From Chloroflexota bacterium (GTDB lineage Bacteria > Chloroflexota > Dehalococcoidia > Lucifugimonadales > JADFKI01), in assembly GCA_027623195.1 (NCBI GenBank), contig JAQBUT010000030.1:1-29269 (forward strand): 29,269 bases of DNA, given 5' to 3'. This document shows, in pieces, positions 29,182 through 29,269 of this stretch. A program made the translations under genes and the position numbers. A model generated the notes under the pieces. It had not been told where the DNA came from, made no database searches, and saw nothing but the letters and a program-made list of their open reading frames with translations. Position 1 is the first letter of the stretch; each line of letters begins with the position of its first letter.

Positions 29182-29269
29182 GGTGGTATCGGTTTTTTAG
29201 ACAGGTAGCTAAGAGAGAGTCCCGCTCCTAAAATGACAGAAATAAAGGAGCAGGAAAATGAAACAATCA
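29179..29269 (+). mobile_element. Left end of a probable IS3-family insertion sequence (partial)
   Basis: Begins with 5'-TG (TGAGGTGGTATCGGTTTTTTAGACA, shaped like an IS3 IRL) exactly at the AKR break. A-rich shift. SD AAGGAG and ATG 29258 (MKQS...). Confidence 0.6.

Overview
A gene-dense bacterial chromosomal window. Gene content (LLM monooxygenase, DinB, GatA-like amidase, archaellum-like gene, type-2 IleRS with a T-box) suggests Chloroflexota, probably Dehalococcoidia/SAR202-like; this is an inference, not a database result. In order: TPR gene end, MFS transporter, PqqD/RRE gene plus HPr-kinase-related kinase, small membrane protein, candidate sRNA, atypical NarL-type regulator, RND transporter, hydantoinase/oxoprolinase plus DUF917, ComF, GatC/AtzG-like protein plus amidase, hypothetical protein, tRNA-Pro(TGG), collagen/Ig lipoprotein, RNase II-like protein, ArlF/G-like beta-propeller fusion, LLM monooxygenase, M20/M42-like peptidase, DinB protein, Ile T-box, methyltransferase, SnoaL-like protein, ileS, a palindromic repeat, and an aldo/keto reductase probably cut by an IS3-like element. 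Most notable: (1) an RRE-kinase locus with a structured intergenic region and a 17-codon SD-led ORF in frame with the kinase but ended by a single UGA; (2) an orphan archaellum ArlF/ArlG-like protein fused to a 5-repeat propeller; (3) an Ile T-box separated from ileS by a methyltransferase and an antisense gene; (4) a GVHH-type IleRS2. All family calls come from reading motifs by eye, with no searches run.
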